Source of the DNA: a virus
Virus record (IMG/VR): IMGVR_UViG_3300042197_000731
Span: 32,001-96,000 of that record
Direction: 5' to 3' (one strand)
Length of the DNA stretch: 64,000 nucleotides
Shown: in pieces, positions 38,515 through 48,207 of the stretch
Position numbering within the stretch: the stretch's first letter is position 1
How the letters are laid out: each line of letters starts with the position of its first letter
The notes under the pieces: model-generated
Database searches by the model: none
What the model saw: only the letters and a program-made list of their open reading frames with translations
Told to the model about the DNA's origin: nothing
Program-made: the position numbers and the translations under genes

Positions 38515-41500
38515 TATTTACTCCGTGATTTTTTATTTATTCTTTGACTTTTAGATAGTGAGCCAACTGGACTTACGGGATTATCTACACCTATCGTTGC
38601 TGCTGATCCACTGTAACCTGCTTGATTTAACTCTTCTTCAGTGAGTGGTATACCAAATGCTCTAAATGCGTCTAATTTAGTGGAAGATGCGGAATCACCT
38701 GTAAGATACCAGCCACGAACATCACGGCGCATATTGAATTCGTTGATCAAGATTTTTTTATCTGTACCAACTACGTTGAAGTATAGATTTTCATTGGTCT
38801 TTGATTTACCCCAATTACTTGCGCCACGTTTACGGCATTTGACTAGAGCGCCACTGGCATACGCACTTGGCCATACCTTATAACGACTCTTGACTTTATA
38901 GTAGCAGGCATCCTTTTTCTCGGTCAACATATCAATATTGAACATAGGACCGCTACAGTGAGGACATGCTTCTTCTCTTAATGGAGAATTACTAACAAGT
39001 TTGTTTATTACTCGTAGTGTATTTGGACCTATTTTTCCATCTGGGTCTAGACCATTTTGACGCTGAAACTCTTTAATGGAATCAACATCAGTTAAGCCTA
39101 GTTTTTGTATATTTTGCCGTTGAGTAGTTTGTTTTCTAATATTGTAGTCGGTATTACTACGATCACCTCTTGTTGCGCCAGATAGATAATTGTAGTATTC
39201 TCCTACTTTCATATCACGAAAATGTGGGTTACCTGCAAGTAATTGCTTTCTTTTTGCTTCTACTTTCGCTGGATTTCTGGAATCGTTTGGATTACGACTT
39301 TTCCAAGCGTCCATAAGAGTATCAATAACTGCTTTGTTGGGATCATTGCGTACACCGTCATATATATCTACCGCACCACGACCTCCTACGGCGTGTGCCA
39401 TATATAAATTTACTTTGTCTGGCACGATGCCATTATTTTTTAGGACACTGGCATTTTCATTTGTTAATTCTTGTAGTAATCTATTTTGAGTTGCTTGATC
39501 AAATTTTGTAGTTTTTGGATCAATGCCTGCTTTTCTAGCAAGATTTGCTAGTGTGCTTCCGACAAACTGATATGCGCCTACTGCGTTAGCATTGCTGTGA
39601 TTATCAGATCTATACTTTTGAAAACGCATTACTTCATCAACGGACATGTCTGATAGTTTTTTAGCGCCGCCTAGATTTTCTTTACTCCATTGTTCGGCAG
39701 TGAGTAATGGTGCACCGACGTTTGGCCCCTTATTCGCTTTTACTATATTAACAATTTGGCCATTTTGTACAACATCGCCAAATGCTATATCTGGATTTTT
39801 TTGAGATTCCGCTTTACCGATAGCGTCTACTATTTCTTCAGGTGGCGGTAGGGGCATACGTTGAATAACTCCAGTACTGCCCGTATCGGGTCTGGATAAA
39901 TCAGCCTCACCAGCATATCTAAGTTGTTCGGGTGTTAAATTTGATCTTAATTCCTGTTGTTGAGCTGGCTCTTGTTGTACCCGAGCATTTTGTGAAGCCC
40001 TATTTGGCGCGGATTGTGATGGCGGTTTAATGGGTTCACTGATTGAAGGTTGTGATTGTGCTTGATCTTCAGCATCACGTTGAGCCTGGCTCATTTGTTG
40101 TCGTGGTTCAACTTTGATGGCGGATGCAGAGGTAGTACTTCCTGTAAATGGTGGAAGATTAAGAGTTGCTCCAGCAAATATTTTATTAGGATCTTTAATT
40201 TGCGGATTTAATCGCATTAACTCAGCAACAGTGACACCATTTTGTCTAGCAATTGTACTTAATGTATCACCACGTTCTATGGTCATTGAGTTTGGTATAG
40301 CAGGTTCACTGATTGAAAGTTGTGATTGAGATTGATCTTCAGCATCACGTTGAGCCTGACTCATTTGTTGATTTATTTTTGGTGTTTCTGGTCTTTGTGT
40401 AAAAGATGGTGTGGTGCCCATATCAACCGCTGATTGTGATGGTCTTGATTGTGCCGGAGTTGATGGCCCACCTGGCAATGATGGTAATGGTAAATCTCCC
40501 ATAGCAGGTGAAGAAGTACGATCATCATCAGCGCCGCCACCACTTAATGCGCTTGACGTGTCAGTTGATACACCAGTAGTTGGTGCTGATCTGACCGTTC
40601 CACTAGCAGTTGTTCCAGGTGGTCTGGCAATACTTGCTTCTGCTTTTTTAATTAATTCTTGATTTGTTACTTGTATACCGCCTGGATGATACCATTTGCC
40701 ATCACGCTTTGTTAAATTTCCACCCAAACGCGATAAGCCTTGATCAATGATTCCAAGATTTGCTTGTTGGCTCGGTGTTTCTGGCTGTCGGCCAAGATCT
40801 CTGGCAGTTGGCTCTGGTTGATAATATTGACCAGTTCCGGCACGAGGCATTGCGCCGCGCCTAGGTTCAGTTGCTTTTCTTTGAACTGAAGTTGATGCTG
40901 GTGTGACAGTAGTTGTAGGTGCTGCTGATTGTGTCCTACCGCCGGACTGTGCTGCTCTGTATTTTGCCCATTCCTCTGGTGGAGCATATATACTGGGTGT
41001 TCCAGGTTTTGGTTGATATGTAATAGTTGGTCCAGCGGCTAGTCTGTTTTTCGGAGCAGTAGTAGAACTGGGTTCTGGTTTAGGAGCAGCAGGTGAAGTG
41101 GCAACTCTTGTAGCAGCAGCCTGTCTAGCGGCAGCCCGAGCTGCAGCCGCAGGATCAACCTGTTGAACTGGAGATTGTACTCTAACTTCAGTTGATGAAG
41201 TTTGAGATCTGGCACCTGGACCAGGTCCGGCACCAACAGAGGCAGCACTTAATCTGTTTCTTTGTGCTTGTGCTGCGGAATCAGTGCCTGTCGCACGAGC
41301 TTTGTTTTCAAATACATTTTTTAATGTTATCTCTTGATCTTCTTTTACTTTGGTGCTAACATTTATTGCTGCTCCACGGCGTTCTGGATTAGGATCCTCA
41401 CGGCGTTTTTTACTAGCAGCACTGGCTCGACCTTTTTTACCTAGTGAGTGTGCTTTGCTGCGTGGCAAGCATTTTGGCTTACCTTCGCCCTCACTGCCAC

Positions 41501-41669
41501 GCGCACACTCTCCTCGAATTTTTCCATCAGGCCCAAATCTTACCCATTTTTCTTTGAACCATTTTCTGAGATTTTCGGTAATGACTTCACTTTCAACATC
41601 TTTGGCATGTATTAAATTTTCAGTGATGTTTACTTTTTTGTTACTGGAATAAAACTCATATAAATTCAT
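38514..41669 (-). CDS. Modular putative internal head/ejection polyprotein with LysM, lysozyme-like and peptidoglycan-binding domains
   Basis: LysM (IERGDTLSTIA...LNPQIKDPNKIFAGATLNLP), muramidase-like (GKAES...AVGAYQF...FDQATQ...YMAH) and PG-binding (EFQRQNGLDPDGKIGPNT) domains, plus short Cys modules bounded by xxE sites. Confidence 0.75.
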   Translation of the reverse strand: MNLYEFYSSNKKVNITENLIHAKDVESEVITENLRKWFKEKWVRFGPDGKIRGECARGSEGEGKPKCLPRSKAHSLGKKGRASAASKKRREDPNPERRGAAINVSTKVKEDQEITLKNVFENKARATGTDSAAQAQRNRLSAASVGAGPGPGARSQTSSTEVRVQSPVQQVDPAAAARAAARQAAATRVATSPAAPKPEPSSTTAPKNRLAAGPTITYQPKPGTPSIYAPPEEWAKYRAAQSGGRTQSAAPTTTVTPASTSVQRKATEPRRGAMPRAGTGQYYQPEPTARDLGRQPETPSQQANLGIIDQGLSRLGGNLTKRDGKWYHPGGIQVTNQELIKKAEASIARPPGTTASGTVRSAPTTGVSTDTSSALSGGGADDDRTSSPAMGDLPLPSLPGGPSTPAQSRPSQSAVDMGTTPSFTQRPETPKINQQMSQAQRDAEDQSQSQLSISEPAIPNSMTIERGDTLSTIARQNGVTVAELMRLNPQIKDPNKIFAGATLNLPPFTGSTTSASAIKVEPRQQMSQAQRDAEDQAQSQPSISEPIKPPSQSAPNRASQNARVQQEPAQQQELRSNLTPEQLRYAGEADLSRPDTGSTGVIQRMPLPPPEEIVDAIGKAESQKNPDIAFGDVVQNGQIVNIVKANKGPNVGAPLLTAEQWSKENLGGAKKLSDMSVDEVMRFQKYRSDNHSNANAVGAYQFVGSTLANLARKAGIDPKTTKFDQATQNRLLQELTNENASVLKNNGIVPDKVNLYMAHAVGGRGAVDIYDGVRNDPNKAVIDTLMDAWKSRNPNDSRNPAKVEAKRKQLLAGNPHFRDMKVGEYYNYLSGATRGDRSNTDYNIRKQTTQRQNIQKLGLTDVDSIKEFQRQNGLDPDGKIGPNTLRVINKLVSNSPLREEACPHCSGPMFNIDMLTEKKDACYYKVKSRYKVWPSAYASGALVKCRKRGASNWGKSKTNENLYFNVVGTDKKILINEFNMRRDVRGWYLTGDSASSTKLDAFRAFGIPLTEEELNQAGYSGSAATIGVDNPVSPVGSLSKSQRINKKSRSK
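40033..40370. repeat. 68-nt direct repeat pair flanking the LysM domain
   Basis: Copies at 40033-40100 and 40303-40370 with 4 mismatches, encoding QQMSQAQRDAEDQ(S/A)QSQ(L/P)SISEP. Confidence 0.9.
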
Positions 41670-41671
41670 GT

Positions 41672-41893
41672 TTATTTTCCTAATTTGGCTAGATACGCAG
41701 CATTTGATAGAGAGTTTTTCAAATTACTTGCTGTTTGTGGAGTTTCGGCTGCTTTGGCTATTAATGGAGTAAGAGCACTCATGGCTTGTTGTTCTGGACC
41801 TGTGAGTGGTTTTTGATCATTTATTTTTACAACGGCACTGGCTGCCTGATTGATGTCAAGATTTGGGCCCAACACATTTTTTAAACCACTCAT
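41672..41893 (-). CDS. Probable C-terminal part of the upstream gene, separated by a frameshift
   Basis: The frame is open without stops from 42043 (FKVEAAPPTPNAQ...) into this ORF. Confidence 0.55.
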   Translation of the reverse strand: MSGLKNVLGPNLDINQAASAVVKINDQKPLTGPEQQAMSALTPLIAKAAETPQTASNLKNSLSNAAYLAKLGK

Positions 41894-42033
41894 TGTATTT
41901 TTGGCAGTGGCTATATCTACTTGTTGAGCACGTTTTTCAGCCCTTACATCCTTGGGTCCGGCGGTTGTTTGTTGTTGTGGACTAGTAGTTTGTTTAGTAG
42001 GATCTTGTGCGTTTGGTGTAGGTGGTGCCGCTT

Positions 42034-43590
42034 CTACCTTAAATTTTTTTTTTTTTTAGGAATATAGTTGTTTTCTACGATATCAAATCTATTATCTAGA
42101 TAGTTTTCAAACTGCCTAGAAAGACGATTAACTATGTTATGTTTATTTTCTGCCATAGAACTTGTATTGCCTATATTTGATAGAGCAAAATTATTTCTGC
42201 TGCCAGTCGATGATATTTTATCTAATATCTTTACTGGAGGTACGCTACGCCCTGCTCCGGTACTACTCTGCGGCTGTGCTGGTAATCTTGATGGTTCAAC
42301 TTTTGGAGCACTTAACCCTGGCCCAGGGCCAGCACCAACGGAGGACCGTCCTAACTCAGTTCTATAATCTCGTGCTGAAGGAGCAACACCCATGGCGACA
42401 GCCTTACCAGTTCTTCTTTTCATGGTATCTTGACTAAAAGTTAATCCACTTGCGGGATCTACCGCGGCCGGTCTTACGCGAGTAGTTGCTCCTTGATACA
42501 CTGAATCTGCTTCAGCACCTGCACTGGCATTGCCGATGTCGTATGATGTTATTGTATTCGGAGGTTTAACTGGAGATGCAACTGCTGCTGGTGCTGCTGA
42601 ACTTACCGGTGCTACTGATGGAGTGGATATTGAAGAAGGAACAGAGGCATTGCCCGCAGCATCCGCCGCTGCGGCCATTCGATCCATGCGGGCTTCAAAA
42701 TCTGATGGTAAAGCACTGGTTGTTTTAGAAGGATCGTATAATGAAACAGATTGTTTTAAACCAGAACCGTCCACTATCGCACCACTTCCTCCTCTGGTAG
42801 TTGGGAATTTTTCAGGAGCAAGTTTTTCTTTCCCTAAAACGTCTCTAACAGTGTTTAGATTTTGTCTACCAAAATTAAGTTCTTGTGCTCTACGTTGAGC
42901 ATCCGCATTTTTGAAGTAACTTACAGGTGGTTTTGGACCAGGCATTCTTTTTAGAATATCTGGATCTTGACGATTCGCACCACCTAGCCATTTTTCTTGT
43001 TCAGGTGTGAATGTAAATCCCTGATCATCTGGTTCATATGTTTTATATGGATCACGGGCTTTTAATTTTTCTGTTGTTCGTTTTAACCAATCATATTCGG
43101 ATAACATTTCTTCTTCCATGCCTACCATTTTTCTTTCAACATCTTTGGCGGTATCAGTACCCTTTAGGTATCCAGGAAATTTATTCATCTCAAGAGTAGG
43201 CTCAATAGATTTAGATGCTGCTGGTAATGGTCCACCTGGATCTTTTCTTTTACCAACAAATGATTGTTGTTTAGAAATATCGCCCAATTTTGGCTCTAAT
43301 CTTCCATAAGGATCAACTGATGGCTTCGCTGCGGGAATTTCTTGTTTCAGCGTTGGAATTTTTTCTTGTGCTTGACTAATAGCCTGTCGTGTACTTTGGC
43401 CAGGTTGAACTTTAATTCTTGGTTTAACCGTGCCGCCTACTGCGCCCATTGGGGGAGCAATATCTTGTATTGGACTAAAATCAAATTTAGGCTCAATACG
43501 TTGACCGCTAAAATCTCTGGCACCAGGTCTGAAGCCAACTTGTTCAGAAAGAATATCTAATTTGGATAGGATATTTTTAATGTCGCTCAT
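42034..43590 (-). CDS. Low-complexity putative internal head polyprotein
   Basis: MSDIKNILSKLDILSE leader, P/A/S-rich, shares modules with 38514-41669 and ends in an A14 run. Confidence 0.65.
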   Translation of the reverse strand: MSDIKNILSKLDILSEQVGFRPGARDFSGQRIEPKFDFSPIQDIAPPMGAVGGTVKPRIKVQPGQSTRQAISQAQEKIPTLKQEIPAAKPSVDPYGRLEPKLGDISKQQSFVGKRKDPGGPLPAASKSIEPTLEMNKFPGYLKGTDTAKDVERKMVGMEEEMLSEYDWLKRTTEKLKARDPYKTYEPDDQGFTFTPEQEKWLGGANRQDPDILKRMPGPKPPVSYFKNADAQRRAQELNFGRQNLNTVRDVLGKEKLAPEKFPTTRGGSGAIVDGSGLKQSVSLYDPSKTTSALPSDFEARMDRMAAAADAAGNASVPSSISTPSVAPVSSAAPAAVASPVKPPNTITSYDIGNASAGAEADSVYQGATTRVRPAAVDPASGLTFSQDTMKRRTGKAVAMGVAPSARDYRTELGRSSVGAGPGPGLSAPKVEPSRLPAQPQSSTGAGRSVPPVKILDKISSTGSRNNFALSNIGNTSSMAENKHNIVNRLSRQFENYLDNRFDIVENNYIPKKKKNLR

Positions 43591-43594
43591 GATT

Positions 43595-46045
43595 TTATTT
43601 ATCTTTCTGCTGTCTATATGTTCCGCCAAACAAGGTGCCAACTTTGGACTTATTCTTTATCTTTGGATTTACAACTCCAGCAATACTACCTGCTGTAGTT
43701 TCATCTATTGTGGATTTTTTTGCTACATCTTTTAATTTCAAGATTGTGGCATTATTGCGATCCGCCCAACGATTTGCTTCATCTTCGCTACGAAAAACTT
43801 TTGTTTTTACTATTTTTTGATCACGATTGTTATACACTTGAATCAACGCTTCTACCGAATTATCTGTGCTTTCCGATACGCTTTCCTTCTTGGTATTTTT
43901 CACACAATTAGGGTATTTTTTACCAAACATAGTTTTCATACCCTCTTTACGATAGCCTTTCCAACATGCCTCGCCTACTTTGCTCTCATTGACGCCAAAA
44001 TCTTTGTTAGTAACTTGCCACGGCTGTTTTAAAGGAACAGGATCTGGACTTGGCTTAACACCAGCGGTAGTTGAAATATTTTTTGCTCTAGCAAGATTAG
44101 ATTTGACCATATTTAACGCATCTGGAGTAATGCTTCCACGAACGCCAGTTTGAGTAGCATCTGGAACGACATCGAAACCCTGACGTTTCATGCCACTGCT
44201 TTGTAAAACTGTATCAGTTTTTGAAACAATTTGATCTAACTGTTTTTGATCTGTACCTTCCGCCACACCTTGCTTTAGACGCTTGCCGTTGATTACTTCT
44301 ACACCGTTGATTTCTAAAGGATACCAATCATTGATTGCCAATCGTTCAAACACTTCATCCAACGAACTGGCTTTTACTTTCAACTTTACTTGCTTGGACA
44401 ATGCGTTGCTCTTGTCAAAGGCTAATACTCGGTAAACTTGATCCGAGCCTTCCGCCACACCTTGCTGTTTCACACCTTGCTGTTTTTGTTGACGTTTTAC
44501 TGCTTTCTGTTTAGCAAGTTTAGCAGGGCTTGTTGGTTGTTTTAATCCTTTTTTCCAGTTAGCAGGTGGAGTTTTAATCTCGCCTCCCCACTGGTCAAAT
44601 TCGCCTTCCGCCACACCTTGTTCGCTAATATGCTTTAGATGCGTAGTAGTTAATACGAAAGAATCCTTATACTTACCATCTTCGCCGGCTTTGCTAGGAT
44701 CGTCTAACTTAACTTTAACTCGCCCATCTACATTGATATTTTTAGATACAGCAACAATCGTACCTGTGCCCAACGGACCATCTACACGATCTCCTACATT
44801 GTAGGTATTCTTAAAGCCTTCCGCCACACCTTTCGCCTTTAGGTGCATGTCTCTTGTTTTTACATAACGCTTGGTTTCTTTATCTCCAGATTCAATATCA
44901 CCTTGATTATAATGCCCTATTGCTCGTCCTGCGTGTTTACTTGCAACCACATCGGGATGTTCTTTGCCTTTGATAGAACGCTTGATGCCTTTTACAACAT
45001 CACTAAAGCCTTTCGCCACACCTTGGCGGCCAAGTTTTTTCTTAATACTAGCGATTTCACGGGCAATAGCATTTTGTTTAGTCCAGAAACTGTAATCATC
45101 ACTGTATTGATATTCTGGATCAAATTCGCTTTCTAACTCACGCAATCTTGCTTCTAATTCCTCTCTACTTGGCTCAGGCGCATACTTTGCTTGTGATTTA
45201 GTTGGACCACCAGTTTTTAATTGACCGCTCTTTTTCATATCATCAATCATCGCAGCAAACTGACTATGAAAATCACTTTCATTAACAGTTGATTCAGACG
45301 CAGCACGTATTGATTTTAGATCTTTATCTGATGGCGCACCTTTGCTGCCAGGTTTACGCATACGTTCACCACTGCCACCTTTTATACGTTCACGTTTTGC
45401 TCTGATATTAGCCCATAAGCCCGGTTTTTCACTCTCACTTACTGGCTGTTCAGTTGATGTAGTGTTATCGGCGGGTAAATTTTTAGTGTAGTAAATTACA
45501 GATTTTTTATCTGATGCTTCATCGTATTCACGCTTAATCTTCTGTGCCATTTCTGGATTTTTATCCATCATGGATCTGAAGTATGTTTTGGCGCCATTCA
45601 ACCAATTGAATTTTTTAGGCATGCCATCTACGCTAACAGGATTGCCCTTAACGATAACATACCAAGGACCACGCTCAAAATCTTGAAATTTTTCTTCTTC
45701 GTCTTCCGCTACTGGAGCGGTTGACTCAACTACACTATTTTTTTTTACTGGTTTCAATCCTTCTGCTAGTGGAAGAAAATCATCTTCACCAGCGTCAACA
45801 TTCATCATTTGATATTCAAGATGTTCTCTGACCGATTTTAGATAGTCATTTGCTAGTGTTATCTTGGAAGCGACCCAACCTTCTAAGCCTTGTTCTTCAG
45901 AAATATTACGTAATAACTTGTGTAGAACAATAGCATGTTCAGCGGCATAGTAGCAATCTACTCTGGCCATTTGAACTTCGTGATCGCTATGGGCTTCATG
46001 TGCGTCCTCTAAGAAGCCTTCCTTTAGAAACTGTTTACTATTCAT
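43595..46045 (-). CDS. Modular putative internal head polyprotein with a QGVAEG-delimited cassette array
   Basis: 816 aa made of short unrelated modules separated by (L/V/I)xE sites, with five (Q/K)GVA(E/K)G linkers. Confidence 0.75.
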   Translation of the reverse strand: MNSKQFLKEGFLEDAHEAHSDHEVQMARVDCYYAAEHAIVLHKLLRNISEEQGLEGWVASKITLANDYLKSVREHLEYQMMNVDAGEDDFLPLAEGLKPVKKNSVVESTAPVAEDEEEKFQDFERGPWYVIVKGNPVSVDGMPKKFNWLNGAKTYFRSMMDKNPEMAQKIKREYDEASDKKSVIYYTKNLPADNTTSTEQPVSESEKPGLWANIRAKRERIKGGSGERMRKPGSKGAPSDKDLKSIRAASESTVNESDFHSQFAAMIDDMKKSGQLKTGGPTKSQAKYAPEPSREELEARLRELESEFDPEYQYSDDYSFWTKQNAIAREIASIKKKLGRQGVAKGFSDVVKGIKRSIKGKEHPDVVASKHAGRAIGHYNQGDIESGDKETKRYVKTRDMHLKAKGVAEGFKNTYNVGDRVDGPLGTGTIVAVSKNINVDGRVKVKLDDPSKAGEDGKYKDSFVLTTTHLKHISEQGVAEGEFDQWGGEIKTPPANWKKGLKQPTSPAKLAKQKAVKRQQKQQGVKQQGVAEGSDQVYRVLAFDKSNALSKQVKLKVKASSLDEVFERLAINDWYPLEINGVEVINGKRLKQGVAEGTDQKQLDQIVSKTDTVLQSSGMKRQGFDVVPDATQTGVRGSITPDALNMVKSNLARAKNISTTAGVKPSPDPVPLKQPWQVTNKDFGVNESKVGEACWKGYRKEGMKTMFGKKYPNCVKNTKKESVSESTDNSVEALIQVYNNRDQKIVKTKVFRSEDEANRWADRNNATILKLKDVAKKSTIDETTAGSIAGVVNPKIKNKSKVGTLFGGTYRQQKDK
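44256..45025 (-). repeat. Five dispersed in-frame 17-nt direct repeats CAAGGTGTGGCGGAAGG
   Basis: Copies at 44256-44272, 44448-44464, 44604-44620, 44817-44833 (1 mismatch) and 45009-45025 (1 mismatch), plus a partial copy near 44471. Confidence 0.93.
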
Positions 46046-46072
46046 TTCGGTTAATCCTATGATTTTATATAT

Positions 46073-47176
46073 TTATCTACTATTTGTAATTGCGTCTGGA
46101 TGTTTTCGGTTGTAAAGACGCATGATAACGCCTGCTTGGGCATTTGCGCCATTTTCTTCATCACTACCTGTTACGCCGGAGTTGTGGTCTAATTCATTGT
46201 TTAAGTGTTGTTTGTAATGTACTAATTCGTGTGCTAGAGTTCTTAACACATCAACAGGATGTCTGCCATGTACACCTACCAATATCATATTCTTTTCAGG
46301 CATGAATTGACCAAAACTGCTTTGAATGCCATCGCCGCCTATCGTCATCTTGAATGAAATCTTGGGTAAATTCTTTATCTCCAACACCTTCATTGCTATC
46401 GGTAAAAATTGTCTAATAGAGCCTTTTAGAGCATCTATAGTTGATATGTCTTCATTGATTTTACCACTTATTGGACTTGCTGTATCCGTGCTCACGCCTA
46501 CTATATCTTCGGTTGTTGCTGATTGAATCTTATCAAAAATTGTGCCCAGTTCTTGACGTGGATATTTGTACATCTTGGTCAAGAATTCTGTTCTCTCTTC
46601 TGGATTGTTACGAATTTTGTTCCATAAATTTCTAGCATCAGTGCCGTGACTTACGTCATATGTTTCGTTGCCGATGGTAATTTTTTTCTGTAGTTCCGGA
46701 ATCACTACGACATATCCATGTTTATCGGCAGTGACTGGTTGCTCACCATCTCGCAGTGTTTTGTAGTAACTAGGGCTACCTGCTGGTTTGGTAATATTTC
46801 CGTCTTTGTCTTTTTGATCTCTTTTGGTATATGTATCTGGGTTCAATCGATCAGCATCTGGGCCACCTACCACTGTTATGAATACAGTGTTTGCTGGGTC
46901 AAATTTTTGTGGTAGTACATACATCTTGTTGGTTTCAATAATTCTGTCACCAGGAACACCAGCAGCGGTCATTAGTTGATATTTGTCGTTGAAGTTGAAT
47001 GGGCTTTTAGGACCACTGGTATCATTGCTAGTGAGAATGTACACATTTTCACTGCCAAATCTACGTTGTAGTATTTCAAATACGCCAGCATGGCCTTGAT
47101 GAAATGGCTGAAATCTTCCAGGGTAAGTAACAATTACATCTGGCTTTTGTTGTTCGTAAAGTTCGTATGCGTACAT
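46073..47176 (-). CDS. HIGH-motif nucleotidyltransferase-like domain fused to an HEXXH zincin-like domain
   Basis: YPGRFQPFHQGH at the N-terminus; LRTLAHELVHYKQH...ENGANAQAG at the C-terminus. Confidence 0.72.
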   Translation of the reverse strand: MYAYELYEQQKPDVIVTYPGRFQPFHQGHAGVFEILQRRFGSENVYILTSNDTSGPKSPFNFNDKYQLMTAAGVPGDRIIETNKMYVLPQKFDPANTVFITVVGGPDADRLNPDTYTKRDQKDKDGNITKPAGSPSYYKTLRDGEQPVTADKHGYVVVIPELQKKITIGNETYDVSHGTDARNLWNKIRNNPEERTEFLTKMYKYPRQELGTIFDKIQSATTEDIVGVSTDTASPISGKINEDISTIDALKGSIRQFLPIAMKVLEIKNLPKISFKMTIGGDGIQSSFGQFMPEKNMILVGVHGRHPVDVLRTLAHELVHYKQHLNNELDHNSGVTGSDEENGANAQAGVIMRLYNRKHPDAITNSR

Positions 47177-47211
47177 AGTAATTATATGTTAATACTATAT
47201 TTATTACAGAA

Positions 47212-47239
47212 ATAGAAAACGGGACACTGTGGTCCCGTT
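47212..47239 (-). terminator. Intrinsic terminator
   Basis: AACGGGAC/GTCCCGTT stem followed on the minus strand by TTCTATTT. Confidence 0.65.
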
Positions 47240-47262
47240 ACGATGTTTTACGTGTTTAAGTA

Positions 47263-48207
47263 TCAACTAGCAGGTTCAACAACTGTTGATTTTTCAGCCA
47301 GTGCTGCCTCTGCTGCTTTCTTTTGTGCTTCTAGTGCTGCTTTACCTTCTGGGCTATTAGCATCAACACGCTTTAGACCACGACGTTCTAGCGCAGATAG
47401 ATCGCCCTTGAACTCATAATGTCCAATGTGATTTAGTAGCACTCTGCTATCTGCCCAGATATCACCACCTAGTGCCTGCCAACGACGACAGAATGTCCAG
47501 TCTTCACTTAGATAGTGTCCCTTAGCATCAATCACAGTATCGAAAATACTATACATGAATGGTTCGTATTGCTTACCTAGGCCGATATCGTCAACATATT
47601 TACATTCTGGATGTGCGACAGTAAGTTGTTCATAAACATGCTTCTTGAATAGTAGGAAACCTGTTCCTTGTGTATCTACTTGGAAGATAGGCCCTTCAAT
47701 TCTGCCACCATTCTTTAGATTGATAACATAGTCAATAGGCAAACTCTTCTTAGGATACAGACCACCGATAACGTCCTTATCTGCGGCAATCATGCCAAAA
47801 ATTGCTTCTGGTTCAAACCGAATATCAGCATCAATAAACATGAAGTGTGTTGCTGCTGCGTTGGTCATCATCTTGGCACATAGATTATTTCTAGCGCGAG
47901 TGACCAGACTCTCATTGACCATAGTATCTAGACTCCAGTTTAGACCTACTTTGCTCGCTAGCAAGGTAAATCGTAGAAAACTGGTCATAGTTGGCTCACT
48001 GACCATACCGCCATAACATGGAACAGCAAAGTGTACATGAACTTTCTTATAATCAAACGTGGGTTGTTGTGTGCCTGGTGTGGTTTTTGGTAGATTAGGC
48101 ACGGGCATAATAGGCTTAGTTAACTTAGGTACTGGTGTTCCAGAACTTTGTGGTGTAATAAGTTTTGCGTCTACAGTTTCTTTTTCGCTCATTGATTTTT
48201 CTTTCAT
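47263..48207 (-). CDS. GT-A fold glycosyltransferase-like protein
   Basis: PCYGG, ESLVTRARN, FIDADI (DxD), GTGFLL and YLSEDWTFCRRW. Confidence 0.78.
   Translation of the reverse strand: MKEKSMSEKETVDAKLITPQSSGTPVPKLTKPIMPVPNLPKTTPGTQQPTFDYKKVHVHFAVPCYGGMVSEPTMTSFLRFTLLASKVGLNWSLDTMVNESLVTRARNNLCAKMMTNAAATHFMFIDADIRFEPEAIFGMIAADKDVIGGLYPKKSLPIDYVINLKNGGRIEGPIFQVDTQGTGFLLFKKHVYEQLTVAHPECKYVDDIGLGKQYEPFMYSIFDTVIDAKGHYLSEDWTFCRRWQALGGDIWADSRVLLNHIGHYEFKGDLSALERRGLKRVDANSPEGKAALEAQKKAAEAALAEKSTVVEPAS

Noticed and set aside
44256-45025. CRISPR array interpretation of the 17-nt repeats
   Set aside because: The repeats are too short, the spacers are 139-196 nt and variable, everything is in frame within a CDS, and there are no cas genes.
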